Shown here one piece after another: positions 50,550 to 61,844 of a stretch of 64,000 nucleotides of DNA. This DNA comes from Alphaproteobacteria bacterium (GTDB lineage Bacteria; Pseudomonadota; Alphaproteobacteria; Rs-D84). The stretch lies in NCBI GenBank assembly GCA_031549365.1, contig JAVBPX010000003.1, forward strand, positions 1-64,000, in the 5' to 3' direction. The translations under genes were made by a program, and so were the position numbers. Within the stretch, counting starts at the first letter, position 1. The number at the start of each line of letters is the position of its first letter. The notes below the pieces were generated by a model. That model worked only from the letters and a program-made list of their open reading frames with translations, was not told where the DNA came from and ran no database searches.

Positions 50550-50840
50550 ATGTCCCCATATCCCAGTCCCAGAAAAATTAAAAAATTATGCAATCACCTC
50601 ATCGATTTAGCCCACAGTTCTGGTTTAACTTTTTCAGAACGCCGACGTTGTTTGTCCTTGGCCGAAATGCTGTTAATAATGTCCAACAACCCCAATACCC
50701 CAATCGATGCGGTTAAATTTACATACGATGTGGCAATGTCCCACGCAAACACAGTTGAATATAATAAAAGAGATCGTTACCTGAAAAATTTAAAGCATTT
50801 GGGACAACGCGCCATCGAAAAATTTAATCTGGGCCGATAA
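50550..50840 (+). CDS. lineage-specific hypothetical protein (ends NLGR)
   Basis: Starts 1 nt after the upstream stop (coupled). Confidence 0.65.
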   Translation: MSPYPSPRKIKKLCNHLIDLAHSSGLTFSERRRCLSLAEMLLIMSNNPNTPIDAVKFTYDVAMSHANTVEYNKRDRYLKNLKHLGQRAIEKFNLGR

Positions 50841-50941
50841 GTTCGGCCATTTTTTTATAAATAAACCCGATATTAATTCTTGACAAAATGATTTATTGTG
50901 CTAGATTATGACTATAACGACCATAATCAAAGGAGAGCGAT

Positions 50942-51286
50942 ATGGACCGGAATCAATACAAATCAAAATTTTTCTCGGAATCCACACCATTGAACATACC
51001 ATGCGCTGCCGATTTGCTGGAAATGTTCCAAGAAACGCGCGACGTTACCGGATTAAAGAAAAGAGAACGCTCATTACGCGCCCATTTTTATCGTAAATGT
51101 TTACGCGCCATTAACGAGTGTATAATGATTTCCGATTCTGATTTATGTGAAATGGCAAAGTTCGCACATAAATTGGAAAACATGAAAGAAAAACAAGAAC
51201 AATCAATGTTGCACTTGGATTATTTAAACAGCCCTGCAATTTATGGATCACATTTACGTTATATTGAACGCAACAACGGAAAATAA
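50942..51286 (+). CDS. lineage-specific hypothetical protein (ends NNGK)
   Basis: TTGACA-16-TAGATT promoter, SD AAGGAG. Confidence 0.7.
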   Translation: MDRNQYKSKFFSESTPLNIPCAADLLEMFQETRDVTGLKKRERSLRAHFYRKCLRAINECIMISDSDLCEMAKFAHKLENMKEKQEQSMLHLDYLNSPAIYGSHLRYIERNNGK

Positions 51287-51297
51287 GAGGAAAAATT

Positions 51298-51780
51298 ATG
51301 ACAAAAAGAATTAATATCCCTGAAAACTATCGCCCTTCGATAAATGATTTTATTTCATTGAACGACTTGTTATTAAAGCTGAAAAATGTAAAGAGATTAT
51401 CCCAACACCGCGCACTAGTTAACACATGGCAAAAACAATGCGAAGCCATTGCTGATTTTTTGGTAGCCCAAGTGAAAAACGATATGATAATAACTCGGAA
51501 ACTCCCAAATCAGGAAAAACATAACATGGCCCGCAATGGGTTTATAACCGATCAAAACCATGTTGATTTCTTTCATAAAATTGCGGATTTTGCATTAAAT
51601 GCCCGTCCTATGGTTTCAAATAATGTTTTGAATTCCATTGAATGCTCCAAAGACGATTTCCAGGAACATTATGCAGAAATGGCCCCCATTGTGCATGTTG
51701 TTGAAGATAAAAAGTTTTACAGCCCATTGTCAGAAATCAGGGCCAGCGCAAATTCCAAATATCACCTGGCCAGCAAATAA
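51298..51780 (+). CDS. lineage-specific hypothetical protein (ends LASK)
   Basis: SD GAGG; terminator AAAAATCCCC..GGGGATTTTT at 51801-51832. Confidence 0.7.
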   Translation: MTKRINIPENYRPSINDFISLNDLLLKLKNVKRLSQHRALVNTWQKQCEAIADFLVAQVKNDMIITRKLPNQEKHNMARNGFITDQNHVDFFHKIADFALNARPMVSNNVLNSIECSKDDFQEHYAEMAPIVHVVEDKKFYSPLSEIRASANSKYHLASK

Positions 51781-51919
51781 TATTTTGCGTTAATTTAAAC
51801 AAAAATCCCCGGGGCACCCTTGGGGATTTTTTCATATTAAAAAACTATAAAAAATAAAAAAATCAAGTAATTTTTTTAATAAATGGTGCCGTATATCCGC
51901 CATTTTTTGATTTTTATGA

Positions 51920-53047
<1,128 letters not shown>

Positions 53048-53138
53048 TACAAAAATGTCAAATTTTTAAAAATTTCCCTTGAAATTACAATAATTATCAT
53101 GTATATTGGGCCGCATACGAATAAAACAGAGGTATATT

Positions 53139-53348
53139 ATGAAAAAAGGAATTCACCCAGAATATCACACAATCAAAGTAACTTTGGTTGATGGAAAAAC
53201 AGTTGAAATGTTTTCTTCTGTTAAAAAAGACATGGTTTTGGACACAGATCCAACAAACCACCCTGCTTGGACCGGCAACCGCGTTGTTGCAGATCGTGGA
53301 CAACGTTCAGACAGCTTTAAAAAGAAATTTTCTGGCTTTAAATTTTAA
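53139..53348 (+). CDS. rpmE: 50S ribosomal protein L31
   Basis: MKKGIHPEYH..LDTDPTNHPAWTG; SD GAGGT. Confidence 0.95.
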   Translation: MKKGIHPEYHTIKVTLVDGKTVEMFSSVKKDMVLDTDPTNHPAWTGNRVVADRGQRSDSFKKKFSGFKF

Positions 53349-53414
53349 TTTAATGGGGTTTTGTTAAAAAGCCCCATATCTTTTTGTAAATATGTAAACA
53401 ACGGGAGTTATAAA

Positions 53415-54155
53415 ATGACATTAACAAATGAAATTCGTATCAAAGGTTCGCAAACATTAAACCAAATGTTCGAAGCATTAACGAAAACAGCCCGCGGTTT
53501 ACAACGCGATTTCGGAGAAATCGAAAATCTACAACGTTCTTTAAAGGGGTCAACTGGATTTGTTGAAAAAGCAATTCAGAGGATCGAAGCAATGATTTTA
53601 TCCGATTTACAATTGGTTCGCCCTCACGCCGGCGTCATTACAACAAATGTTTCCAAAATGGGAACCCAGGACGAAGAATTCATATTATCATTATCCGGTG
53701 CCGACAATTTTGTTCGTGGAATTTCACATTTTGCTATTTCATTGGCATTACGCGTACGCGGCAATGTTGAAATCGCATTAATTTACAGTCCAATTGATGA
53801 TCGGTTATATTATGCCGAGGCTGGCGAAGGCGCATACATATTTTCACCATTTCATCGTCAACGCATGCGCGTATCGGAACGTATGGATCCGGCCGATATT
53901 TTCGTTGGAACGGATATGTTATCGCATGAACAATTGAAAAAAATTCCATTTAATCATATTCGTTTAACTGGATGCCCTGCACTGGATATGGCATGGGTTG
54001 CTGCCGGCAAATTTGATGCTTTGATTATGGAGCAAAAAAATTACGCTGAAATCGCAGCCGGGGATTTAATCATCCGCGAATCAAATGGATTGATTATTTC
54101 CGACGATAACGGTATTATTTGTATAAACACAGCATTAAAAGATACAAAATTTTAA
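53415..54155 (+). CDS. suhB: inositol monophosphatase-family protein SuhB (degenerate active site)
   Basis: ARGLQRDFGEIENLQ..KG, NFVRGISHFAISLAL, ALDMAWVAAGKFD; adjacent to rpmE. Confidence 0.75.
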   Translation: MTLTNEIRIKGSQTLNQMFEALTKTARGLQRDFGEIENLQRSLKGSTGFVEKAIQRIEAMILSDLQLVRPHAGVITTNVSKMGTQDEEFILSLSGADNFVRGISHFAISLALRVRGNVEIALIYSPIDDRLYYAEAGEGAYIFSPFHRQRMRVSERMDPADIFVGTDMLSHEQLKKIPFNHIRLTGCPALDMAWVAAGKFDALIMEQKNYAEIAAGDLIIRESNGLIISDDNGIICINTALKDTKF

Positions 54156-54165
54156 GAGGTTTGAA

Positions 54166-54597
54166 ATGAATTATCATATCGACAGACACTATTCAGATGA
54201 CATTCGTGGTCAAAGCCAAAATAAAAAACCATTTGCGGACGCCGCGTCTTTGAATAAATCAATTGAACTATTGGAAGCCATAATCAAAAAATGCAATTCC
54301 AAAAATGGGAATCCTTTCATTGCCGCCAGGGCAATGAAACTGGTTTTTCGGGCAAAAAAGTTGATGGCAGAATCGGAAAATCCCGCATATACAGTTAAAA
54401 CCATTGCAAAAAATGGGCCCGCAAAAGATATCGAACAATTACCACGTGTATTAAAAGCAGACTTGACCCATATCCAAGGCGAGATGGACACATTTATTAA
54501 AATGGCCAGAGGAAACGAAACCTTGAGCCCTGTTGTAGCAAAGATTATTGGTCTGTGTCTTGAACATATTGCGAAAGACAAAATCCACGGGATATGA
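54166..54597 (+). CDS. lineage-specific hypothetical protein (ends IHGI)
   Basis: 143-aa ORF, SD GAGGT. Confidence 0.65.
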   Translation: MNYHIDRHYSDDIRGQSQNKKPFADAASLNKSIELLEAIIKKCNSKNGNPFIAARAMKLVFRAKKLMAESENPAYTVKTIAKNGPAKDIEQLPRVLKADLTHIQGEMDTFIKMARGNETLSPVVAKIIGLCLEHIAKDKIHGI

Positions 54598-54617
54598 AAA
54601 AATCCCCAATCTCGGGA

Positions 54618-55340
54618 TTATATCAAATCATCCAAATTTCCGGCATCACGCAAAATATGTTCGGACGTGGCCGTATATGAATGGTCATCATTATGAACAA
54701 TTATGCCCGCATAAAATTTTGATGGGGATTTTACGCCCAATCGCGCCCGCAATAATATTCGTTCCGCAACACCGGTTTTAACAGACGAAATTAATGGGAC
54801 GACAGTAATATCAAATGCGTTCGAATCATGACACGCGGCAATAATTTGGGACGCCCCGCCCGCATCCACAATTGTGTAAAAATATCCGCGCGGCTTTACA
54901 CGTTTAATGCAATTTTTGGTCCAGGCATACAAATCAATTGCGGTATGTGCGCCGGACTTTAATTTATTTGGGGATGATGCGCCCGCAAAAAATGGTGGGT
55001 TCGTTACAACAATATCGAATGTATCACGAATCTTGGGCTTTAAAATGTCCGCGTTTATCAATGTCAATTCGCGTTCATTTAAATCCGCGTTTTGTTGGCA
55101 AATTGTCAACATATCGACATTATTATCAACGCCTGTAATTTTGGCAGATGGGCAACGTTCCAACATGGACAAAGCCACCCCGCCCGTTCCGACACCAACA
55201 TCCAGGACGGCTTTCCCATTCCCATTAACCCAAGACGCCAACCAAACCGCATCTGTGGACACGGCGTATCCTGGGTTGGTTTTTAAAAATTTAACCCGCC
55301 CGCCCAAGACTGTTGAAAAATTTGTTTGTTTACTGGACAT
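54618..55340 (-). CDS. SAM-dependent methyltransferase, tRNA1(Val) A37 N6-MTase (YfiC-like)
   Basis: GYAVSTDAVWLA, VLDVGVGTG, VTNPPF. Confidence 0.85.
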   Translation of the reverse strand: MSSKQTNFSTVLGGRVKFLKTNPGYAVSTDAVWLASWVNGNGKAVLDVGVGTGGVALSMLERCPSAKITGVDNNVDMLTICQQNADLNERELTLINADILKPKIRDTFDIVVTNPPFFAGASSPNKLKSGAHTAIDLYAWTKNCIKRVKPRGYFYTIVDAGGASQIIAACHDSNAFDITVVPLISSVKTGVAERILLRARLGVKSPSKFYAGIIVHNDDHSYTATSEHILRDAGNLDDLI

Positions 55341-55398
55341 TTTGCCCCCATTATGTTTATAATAGCATAGCAATTTTTATTAACAAAAGGCAAGTTTC

Positions 55399-55797
55399 AT
55401 GTTTTCATTCATATGCCCAGCAAATGACGCCGGATCCAGCATTGCAAACACAGCGTGCAGCGCGTTTCAAAATTCCGCATTGACTCCGCCAATGTTTTTT
55501 ACTGTATTTTTAATGATGTTATTGGTTTATGCCGGTGTTTATTTTTTGGCAGACGTTATATTGGAAAAATGGTTATCCGATAAAAAACGCCGCCCATATA
55601 TAATTAATATGTTTGTTTTAGGCGTAATATTCATTTGGGCTCTGTTGTTTCAGGGGGACGATTCCGCCATGCGTGCTGGATTTTCTGTTGCGTATATTTT
55701 AATTGCATCTGTTTTATTTGTGTCTGGATTTGTTTTGTCTTATTTATATACAGGGCAAAAAATGTCCGATAATGGCACGAAAAAGAAAAAGGATTAA
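55399..55797 (+). CDS. membrane protein of unknown function
   Basis: Three hydrophobic segments and a basic tail. Confidence 0.7.
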   Translation: MFSFICPANDAGSSIANTACSAFQNSALTPPMFFTVFLMMLLVYAGVYFLADVILEKWLSDKKRRPYIINMFVLGVIFIWALLFQGDDSAMRAGFSVAYILIASVLFVSGFVLSYLYTGQKMSDNGTKKKKD

Positions 55798-55799
55798 TC

Positions 55800-56561
55800 A
55801 TGTTGGGCGTAATATTTTTATTAATGTCTGTTGTATGTGGATATATTTTTTGGCAAAAAAAATTGCCACGGAATCGTTGGTTTAAACCGGCTGCCATTTT
55901 GTTTTTTATTTTGGGCGTTGGATTTTCGGGTCATCCGTCATGGATTGGATTTTTATTACCAATTGCCGCCGTTGGATGCGGATTGATTGCCGGGCATGCG
56001 TGGGCAAAATACAAAACTGTGCCGACCGCGATGCTATCAAATTATTTGGTAATTACAATTTCAGCAATTATTTGGTTGGCAACCGCCGCGATCGTTATGC
56101 AACCAGAATATTTCCAATTCGGTCGCATGGGTTATTTAACAGTATTTCATTTGGTGTTTTTAATTGCGATTGCAATGATTGCGCCATTTGTTATTTCAAT
56201 GGGGATTTTTACAAAAATTAAACGCGAAAAAACGTTTTTAAATGCGGCAACACATAAACACGCCATTATGTTATTGCGCTTGTTAATGTTGTTGGGATTG
56301 CTGTTGTTCGCAATGACTGAATCCGTTTTAATGTTTTTGATGATATCCGTTATATCGGCCGCAATTGCAGGCGTTTCCGGTGGCCATTTATTGTCGACCC
56401 AAACAAAACATATCCCAGATATGCTGTTTTCAATGTGGTTAATTTTATTGGGATTATTTGGAATTATTACAATTTTGCCTGTATTAACAATCGTTGCTAT
56501 ATTATTATGGGTTGCGAATACGCCAAAAAATTTATGGAAAAATATTCGAGAATTAATTTAA
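55800..56561 (+). CDS. polytopic membrane protein of unknown function
   Basis: About 8 hydrophobic segments; SD AAGGA; coupled to the upstream gene. Confidence 0.75.
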   Translation: MLGVIFLLMSVVCGYIFWQKKLPRNRWFKPAAILFFILGVGFSGHPSWIGFLLPIAAVGCGLIAGHAWAKYKTVPTAMLSNYLVITISAIIWLATAAIVMQPEYFQFGRMGYLTVFHLVFLIAIAMIAPFVISMGIFTKIKREKTFLNAATHKHAIMLLRLLMLLGLLLFAMTESVLMFLMISVISAAIAGVSGGHLLSTQTKHIPDMLFSMWLILLGLFGIITILPVLTIVAILLWVANTPKNLWKNIRELI

Positions 56562-57455
56562 TTAATCCGTTAATCCGACCAAACCATTTACATAATCACG
56601 CGCATTAAAAGGACGTAAATCGTCCAGTTTTTCACCGAACCCAACAGCATATACCGGCAATGGATTTTTGGTTTTTGATGCGTATGAAATCAAAGCCCCG
56701 CCGCGTGAAGACCCATCCAATTTTGTAATTATAATTCCTGTTAATGGGGAAATTTTTGCAAAATGTTCAATTTGCAATAATGCGTTTTGCCCCGTTGTTC
56801 CATCCAAAACCAATACTGATTCGTGTGGCGCATCTGGGATAACCTTTTGAATTACGCGTGTGATTTTGCCCAATTCATCCATTAAATCGGAACGTGAATG
56901 CAATCGTCCAGCGGTATCCAATAAAACGATGTCGGCACCCTGTTTTAATCCCAATTCAGTCGTAGAATACGCAACGGCCGCCGGATCACAACCAATTTTT
57001 GAAACCATTTCAACGCCGGCACGTCCAGCCCATACATCCAATTGTTCAACCGCTGCGCTGCGGAATGTATCACATGCACCGATTAAAACTTTTTTGCCGT
57101 CCGCTTTCCATTGATTGGCCAATTTGCCGATCGTTGTGGTTTTCCCAGCACCGTTCACGCCGGATATTAAAATAACCGTTGGCGTGGCATCAAAATGCCA
57201 TGTACATTCCAATGGTTGGACCATTGGGAACATAATATCAGATAATGCAGATTTAATTTCTGTATCTGTAACATCGTCGCCCGGTTTAAACTTTGATCGT
57301 AATTTCACAATAATATCGTTTGCAACGGACGCATCAATATCTGCACCGATTAATAATTCCAATAAATTTTCCAGCGTTTCAGCATCCAATTTTTTTGATT
57401 GAAAAACGGATGCGATTTTATTGCCCAGGCGTGAAAATAATCCCATATTATTCAA
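56562..57455 (-). CDS. ftsY: SRP receptor FtsY (short form, no acidic domain)
   Basis: GVNGAGKTTTIGK, DTFRSAA, DTAGR, TKLDG. Confidence 0.96.
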   Translation of the reverse strand: MNNMGLFSRLGNKIASVFQSKKLDAETLENLLELLIGADIDASVANDIIVKLRSKFKPGDDVTDTEIKSALSDIMFPMVQPLECTWHFDATPTVILISGVNGAGKTTTIGKLANQWKADGKKVLIGACDTFRSAAVEQLDVWAGRAGVEMVSKIGCDPAAVAYSTTELGLKQGADIVLLDTAGRLHSRSDLMDELGKITRVIQKVIPDAPHESVLVLDGTTGQNALLQIEHFAKISPLTGIIITKLDGSSRGGALISYASKTKNPLPVYAVGFGEKLDDLRPFNARDYVNGLVGLTD

Positions 57456-58641
57456 CCTCTCTTAATGCTTCGACGCCGGGTAATTTTTTCCCTTCGACAA
57501 ATTCCAAAAACGCCCCGCCGGCGGTCGAAACATACGTCATATCATTCATTGTATTTGTTGCATTAATTGCGGCCACCGTGTCGCCACCACCACAAATGCT
57601 TTCAATTTTTCCCATCTTGGTTTGTTCCGCCAAATGATTTGCTATTGCGAATGAGCCACGTGAAAAATTCGCCCATTCCGCCATTCCAACGGTTCCATTC
57701 CAAATAACCATTTTGGATTTATCAATCGCCGCCAATTGTCGTTCTGTTGAAATTGGACCCGCATCCAAAATAACATCATCCGGTTCAATTTTATTCATAT
57801 CACGGAATATCGGATCGGATTCTGGCGCATACTTTTTTGCAATCGTTTTATCAACAGGCAATATTAATTCACAGCCGTATTGTTTTGCCAATTCCATGAT
57901 TTCCAGGGCTGTTTCCTTCATTGTTGGTTCATACAATGAATCCCCAACCGCATATCCCATAGCATAACAAAAGGTAGTCCCCATTGCACCGTCAATTATC
58001 ATTGAATTTACTGATTTTATTAAATTTTTTAATACATCAATTTTTGTTGAAACTTTGGATCCTGCGATAATTGCCAATACTGGTTTTTTCGGATTATCAA
58101 AAATAGACGACAATGCGTTTACCTCGGCGTGCATTAACAAACCAGCATAAGAAGGCAAAATTTGTGTAACACCATACGTGGACGCATGGGCCCGATGGGC
58201 TGTTGCAAATGCGTCATTTACAAAAATATCGCAATTTAATGCCAATTGTTTTGCAAACTCTGGATCGTTGGCCTCTTCCCCCGCATAAAACCGTAAATTT
58301 TCCAATAAAATAACGTTGCCTGGGTTTAATTTTAAAATCTCGGCATCGACAACCGGCCCAATGCAGTCATTAACAAACGGGACACTAGTTCCCAAACGTT
58401 CGGATAATAAAGGAGCGATTGGTTTCAAAGTCAAACTTTCGTCCCGCCCATTTGGACGACCCAGATGTGATATAACAACAACCTTGGCCCCACGTGAAAT
58501 CAAAGATTTAATTGTTGGGATGATTTGATCAATTCGAAATGTATCTGTTACAACACCATCAACCATTTGAACATTTAAATCGGCACGTAATAAAACGACC
58601 TTGCCCTGAATCGGCGCCAAAGACATATCTTTTAATTTCAT
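57448..58641 (-). CDS. pgk: phosphoglycerate kinase
   Basis: RADLNV, SHLGRP, LLENLRF, NDAFATAHRAHAS, GGGDT, STAGGAFLE. Confidence 0.97.
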   Translation of the reverse strand: MKLKDMSLAPIQGKVVLLRADLNVQMVDGVVTDTFRIDQIIPTIKSLISRGAKVVVISHLGRPNGRDESLTLKPIAPLLSERLGTSVPFVNDCIGPVVDAEILKLNPGNVILLENLRFYAGEEANDPEFAKQLALNCDIFVNDAFATAHRAHASTYGVTQILPSYAGLLMHAEVNALSSIFDNPKKPVLAIIAGSKVSTKIDVLKNLIKSVNSMIIDGAMGTTFCYAMGYAVGDSLYEPTMKETALEIMELAKQYGCELILPVDKTIAKKYAPESDPIFRDMNKIEPDDVILDAGPISTERQLAAIDKSKMVIWNGTVGMAEWANFSRGSFAIANHLAEQTKMGKIESICGGGDTVAAINATNTMNDMTYVSTAGGAFLEFVEGKKLPGVEALREVE

Positions 58642-58792
58642 TTTTGTTATCCCCCTGTGGTATTGATATTTTACATAAATATATATGGGTTATCAAGCAT
58701 CCTTTTTCAAGAATGCGACTGTGTTAAACCAAAGCTTGTTGCAAGGACAGCTATATTTTGACGGCGAAACATTAAAACTATTTTACTGCCGT

Positions 58793-59455
58793 TCATGATT
58801 TAAATTTATCTGGCGTTGGTTTGATGTCCAAAATATCACGCACAGGCCCAAACGATTTGCGATAATGTTCATTTACGCCATATTTTTTAATTGCCGACAA
58901 ATGATCTGCCGTTGGGTATCCCTTGTTTTTCACCCAATTATATTCCGGATATTGTTCGGATAATTTCGCCATTAAACGATCGCGCGTAACCTTGGCCACA
59001 ATGGACGCAGCAGCAATTGATTTCGAAATTGCATCACCAGATACCACCGCGGATCCAAATAAATCCCGCGGCAAACGATTGCCATCAACCAAACAAAATT
59101 CAGGCGCCTGCGGCAACGCGTTCCGCGCCCGATCCATGGCGGCCATGCTGGCCCATAATATATTTAATTCATCAATTTCGGATGGGGCAGATTCCGACAC
59201 GGCAATATATACCCGGCCACAATCCATTTCATTATATAAAAATTCAAATGCGGATTCTCGCGCACGTTCGGTCATTTTTTTAGAATCAGTTATAATTTTG
59301 CCCCACGATTTATCATGCCATAATTCAGACGATATCATTACGGCCGCCGCCACAACCGGCCCACACAAAGGGCCACGCCCGGCTTCGTCAATGCCGGCAA
59401 CAAATTTGTAACCAGATTCAATTTCCAGATTAAAGTGCGTTGGATTCTTTTGCAT
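58793..59455 (-). CDS. rnhB: ribonuclease HII
   Basis: AGIDEAGRGPLCGPV, DSKK, SIAAASIVAKVTRD, NKGYPT. Confidence 0.96.
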   Translation of the reverse strand: MQKNPTHFNLEIESGYKFVAGIDEAGRGPLCGPVVAAAVMISSELWHDKSWGKIITDSKKMTERARESAFEFLYNEMDCGRVYIAVSESAPSEIDELNILWASMAAMDRARNALPQAPEFCLVDGNRLPRDLFGSAVVSGDAISKSIAAASIVAKVTRDRLMAKLSEQYPEYNWVKNKGYPTADHLSAIKKYGVNEHYRKSFGPVRDILDIKPTPDKFKS

Positions 59456-61175
59456 TGCGTGCCGCCATATTGTCATCGGCCGCATAATATTTTGGCCATT
59501 GACCATTTGCCAATTCAGTAATCGATGTTAATGGTTGACCCAAACGCGCACGGTAAAGCCACAAATTGGTCAATACACGCTTTGTATAATCTCGGGTTTC
59601 ACGCGCGGGATAGCTTTCGATGAATAATAACGGATCCTCGGTCGAAAAACGCTTTTCCCATTTCAATAATGTTCCGGCACCAGAATTATATGAAATCAAC
59701 ATTTTTACCAAATTATTGTCGATATATGATTTATCCAATAAATCCGCGACCAATTTTTGTCCTAAAAACATGTTGTGTTCTGGCTTGGATAAATCCAAAG
59801 AATTTAATTTAACATTATTCTTGGCGGCCATCAATTTCGCAGTCTTTGGCATTAATTGCATGATCCCTGTTGCGCCCGCCCGGGATTTTGCGTTTGCCTT
59901 GAATTGGGATTCCTGTTTTGCAATTGCAAATAATAATGCACGATCAACTTCCCATCCGTGCATTGGTTCCCAATCTGGAACTGGATATTGGGCGGCAATG
60001 ATAATGTCGCGGTCGATATCCAAAATACCCTTGTCCCGCATAACGCGTCCCATTTGCAGGGATAAACGTGGTAATTCCGCAGCCTCGGACAATGCGTGAA
60101 TTGCATTTAACAATGCATCAGACGCCGATTCGGTTACAATCAAACGCAAATGCTGTTCGGCGTATTCCGGTTTGCCAATTTGCATAAACGCCATGGCACG
60201 AACACCGGCTGGTTGTTTCATTAATTCTTCGACGTTGCGACGCGTCATACCCGATTCGTAAAATGTGTATTCTGGTGTGCGACCCAACATTGCGGCAGAT
60301 AATGCGCCATAAAATAATTGTGGTTTTTCCGCACCAATTTCAAAATATTTGCTCGCAGCCGAATTTTTACCAGCCAATTCAGATGAACGCCCGGCCCAAA
60401 ATGCGCCTTCGATTTTTCGCGCTTGGTTAACATGGGACAATTTGGTCAATCCGTCAAAATATTCAATGGCTGTATCATATTCCCCTGACTTGAACGACAT
60501 CAAACCCATGGTCCAGAGCCCATATTCCGATTTTGCATCAGCACTGATTTTTCCATATTCCGCGGCGTTATCAAAATATCCATCGGCATAATAAACAAAA
60601 GCCAATCGACCGCACAAACGACCGTAATCTTCGGCGCTCAGATTTTTTTTGAAATTTTTATCCGCCAACAAATCCCGCGCATTTTTAGTTTTACCATGAC
60701 GCAACGCATTTTGGAATTTTTTAATATTTTGTCCTGTTGCGCCCGAATATGTTTTTTTGGTCCAGCTTTCTGATTCTGCCCATTCCGATTCGCGACCATT
60801 AATTAATCCAGATGTTGATTTTGGTGCCCGGGTTGCATTTTTTGCATTTGCCCCACCCTTTTTCAATGCCATTTTATAAATGTTTGTGGCACCAGGGGCA
60901 TAACTATATTCATGCATCCAGTCCGCCAATTCACGATAAGTCGATGTATAGCCCCGCGCCATATAACGTTCATATAATACGGCCGACATTAAAATTGGAT
61001 CTTCGATTTCACGATCCAATTTTTTTGCCTCGGCAAATTTGCCAGCGTTCTGTAATTTAAAAATTTCAACATATCTATTGGCGTCGTCATCGGACAAAAT
61101 TATCGGCAAATCATTCGCAGCAAACGACGTAATCGGCAATAACGCCAAGAACAACATTACGATTATTTTTTTCAT
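59430..61175 (-). CDS. soluble lytic transglycosylase (Slt70-like)
   Basis: Signal peptide MKKIIVMLFLALLPITSFA; AIAKQES, GATGIMQLMPKTA, SYNSG, ETRDY. Confidence 0.9.
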   Translation of the reverse strand: MKKIIVMLFLALLPITSFAANDLPIILSDDDANRYVEIFKLQNAGKFAEAKKLDREIEDPILMSAVLYERYMARGYTSTYRELADWMHEYSYAPGATNIYKMALKKGGANAKNATRAPKSTSGLINGRESEWAESESWTKKTYSGATGQNIKKFQNALRHGKTKNARDLLADKNFKKNLSAEDYGRLCGRLAFVYYADGYFDNAAEYGKISADAKSEYGLWTMGLMSFKSGEYDTAIEYFDGLTKLSHVNQARKIEGAFWAGRSSELAGKNSAASKYFEIGAEKPQLFYGALSAAMLGRTPEYTFYESGMTRRNVEELMKQPAGVRAMAFMQIGKPEYAEQHLRLIVTESASDALLNAIHALSEAAELPRLSLQMGRVMRDKGILDIDRDIIIAAQYPVPDWEPMHGWEVDRALLFAIAKQESQFKANAKSRAGATGIMQLMPKTAKLMAAKNNVKLNSLDLSKPEHNMFLGQKLVADLLDKSYIDNNLVKMLISYNSGAGTLLKWEKRFSTEDPLLFIESYPARETRDYTKRVLTNLWLYRARLGQPLTSITELANGQWPKYYAADDNMAARNAKESNAL

Positions 61176-61176
61176 T

Positions 61177-61695
61177 TTAAAACAAGCCCCTCTGCCCGCC
61201 GACCTTGCGTCGTGGCAATTCACATATGTCGGCCCCTTCGTCAGCCTCGGGAATTTGGGCAATAATCTTTTTAAAATCTGCCACTCGTTGGAATTTTTTA
61301 TAAACGGATACAAAACGAACAAACGCAATCGGATCCAACATTAATAATGATTCGGATACCATATCGCCAATTGATTCGGATGTGATGAAATCGTCCCCTG
61401 CATCAGTTTCCAAACGACGTTGAATTGATGTAACAATTTTGTCGATTTGCGATTCAGTAACATCACGTTTACGACAAGCCAATCGGATTGAACGTTCGAC
61501 CTTGTCCCGATTGAATGCTTCGACCTGACCGTTGGTTTTACGGACCGATAATTCGCGCAATTGAATTCTTTCGAATGTTGTAAATCTGGCCCCACATGCA
61601 TTGCACACGCGGCGGCGACGAATTGTTGCGTCGTCGTCAGATGGTCTGGAATCTTTGACCTGGGAATCACAGGTCGAACAATAAGGGCATCGCAT
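61177..61695 (-). CDS. nrdR: transcriptional repressor NrdR
   Basis: MRCPYC..VKDSR..IRRRRVCNACGARFTTFE, ATP-cone, AFVRFVSVY. Confidence 0.96.
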   Translation of the reverse strand: MRCPYCSTCDSQVKDSRPSDDDATIRRRRVCNACGARFTTFERIQLRELSVRKTNGQVEAFNRDKVERSIRLACRKRDVTESQIDKIVTSIQRRLETDAGDDFITSESIGDMVSESLLMLDPIAFVRFVSVYKKFQRVADFKKIIAQIPEADEGADICELPRRKVGGQRGLF

Positions 61696-61844
61696 AATTT
61701 ATTACCAATATTTCTGTTTTATACATGTATTTAAGCCCAAAACATACCCCTGGGTCAAGATAATAATCAAAATCCTTGATTTCGGCGTTATCGTATGGCA
61801 CAATCAATTTCGTTCAAAATACAGCAAAATACAAAGGATTTATT

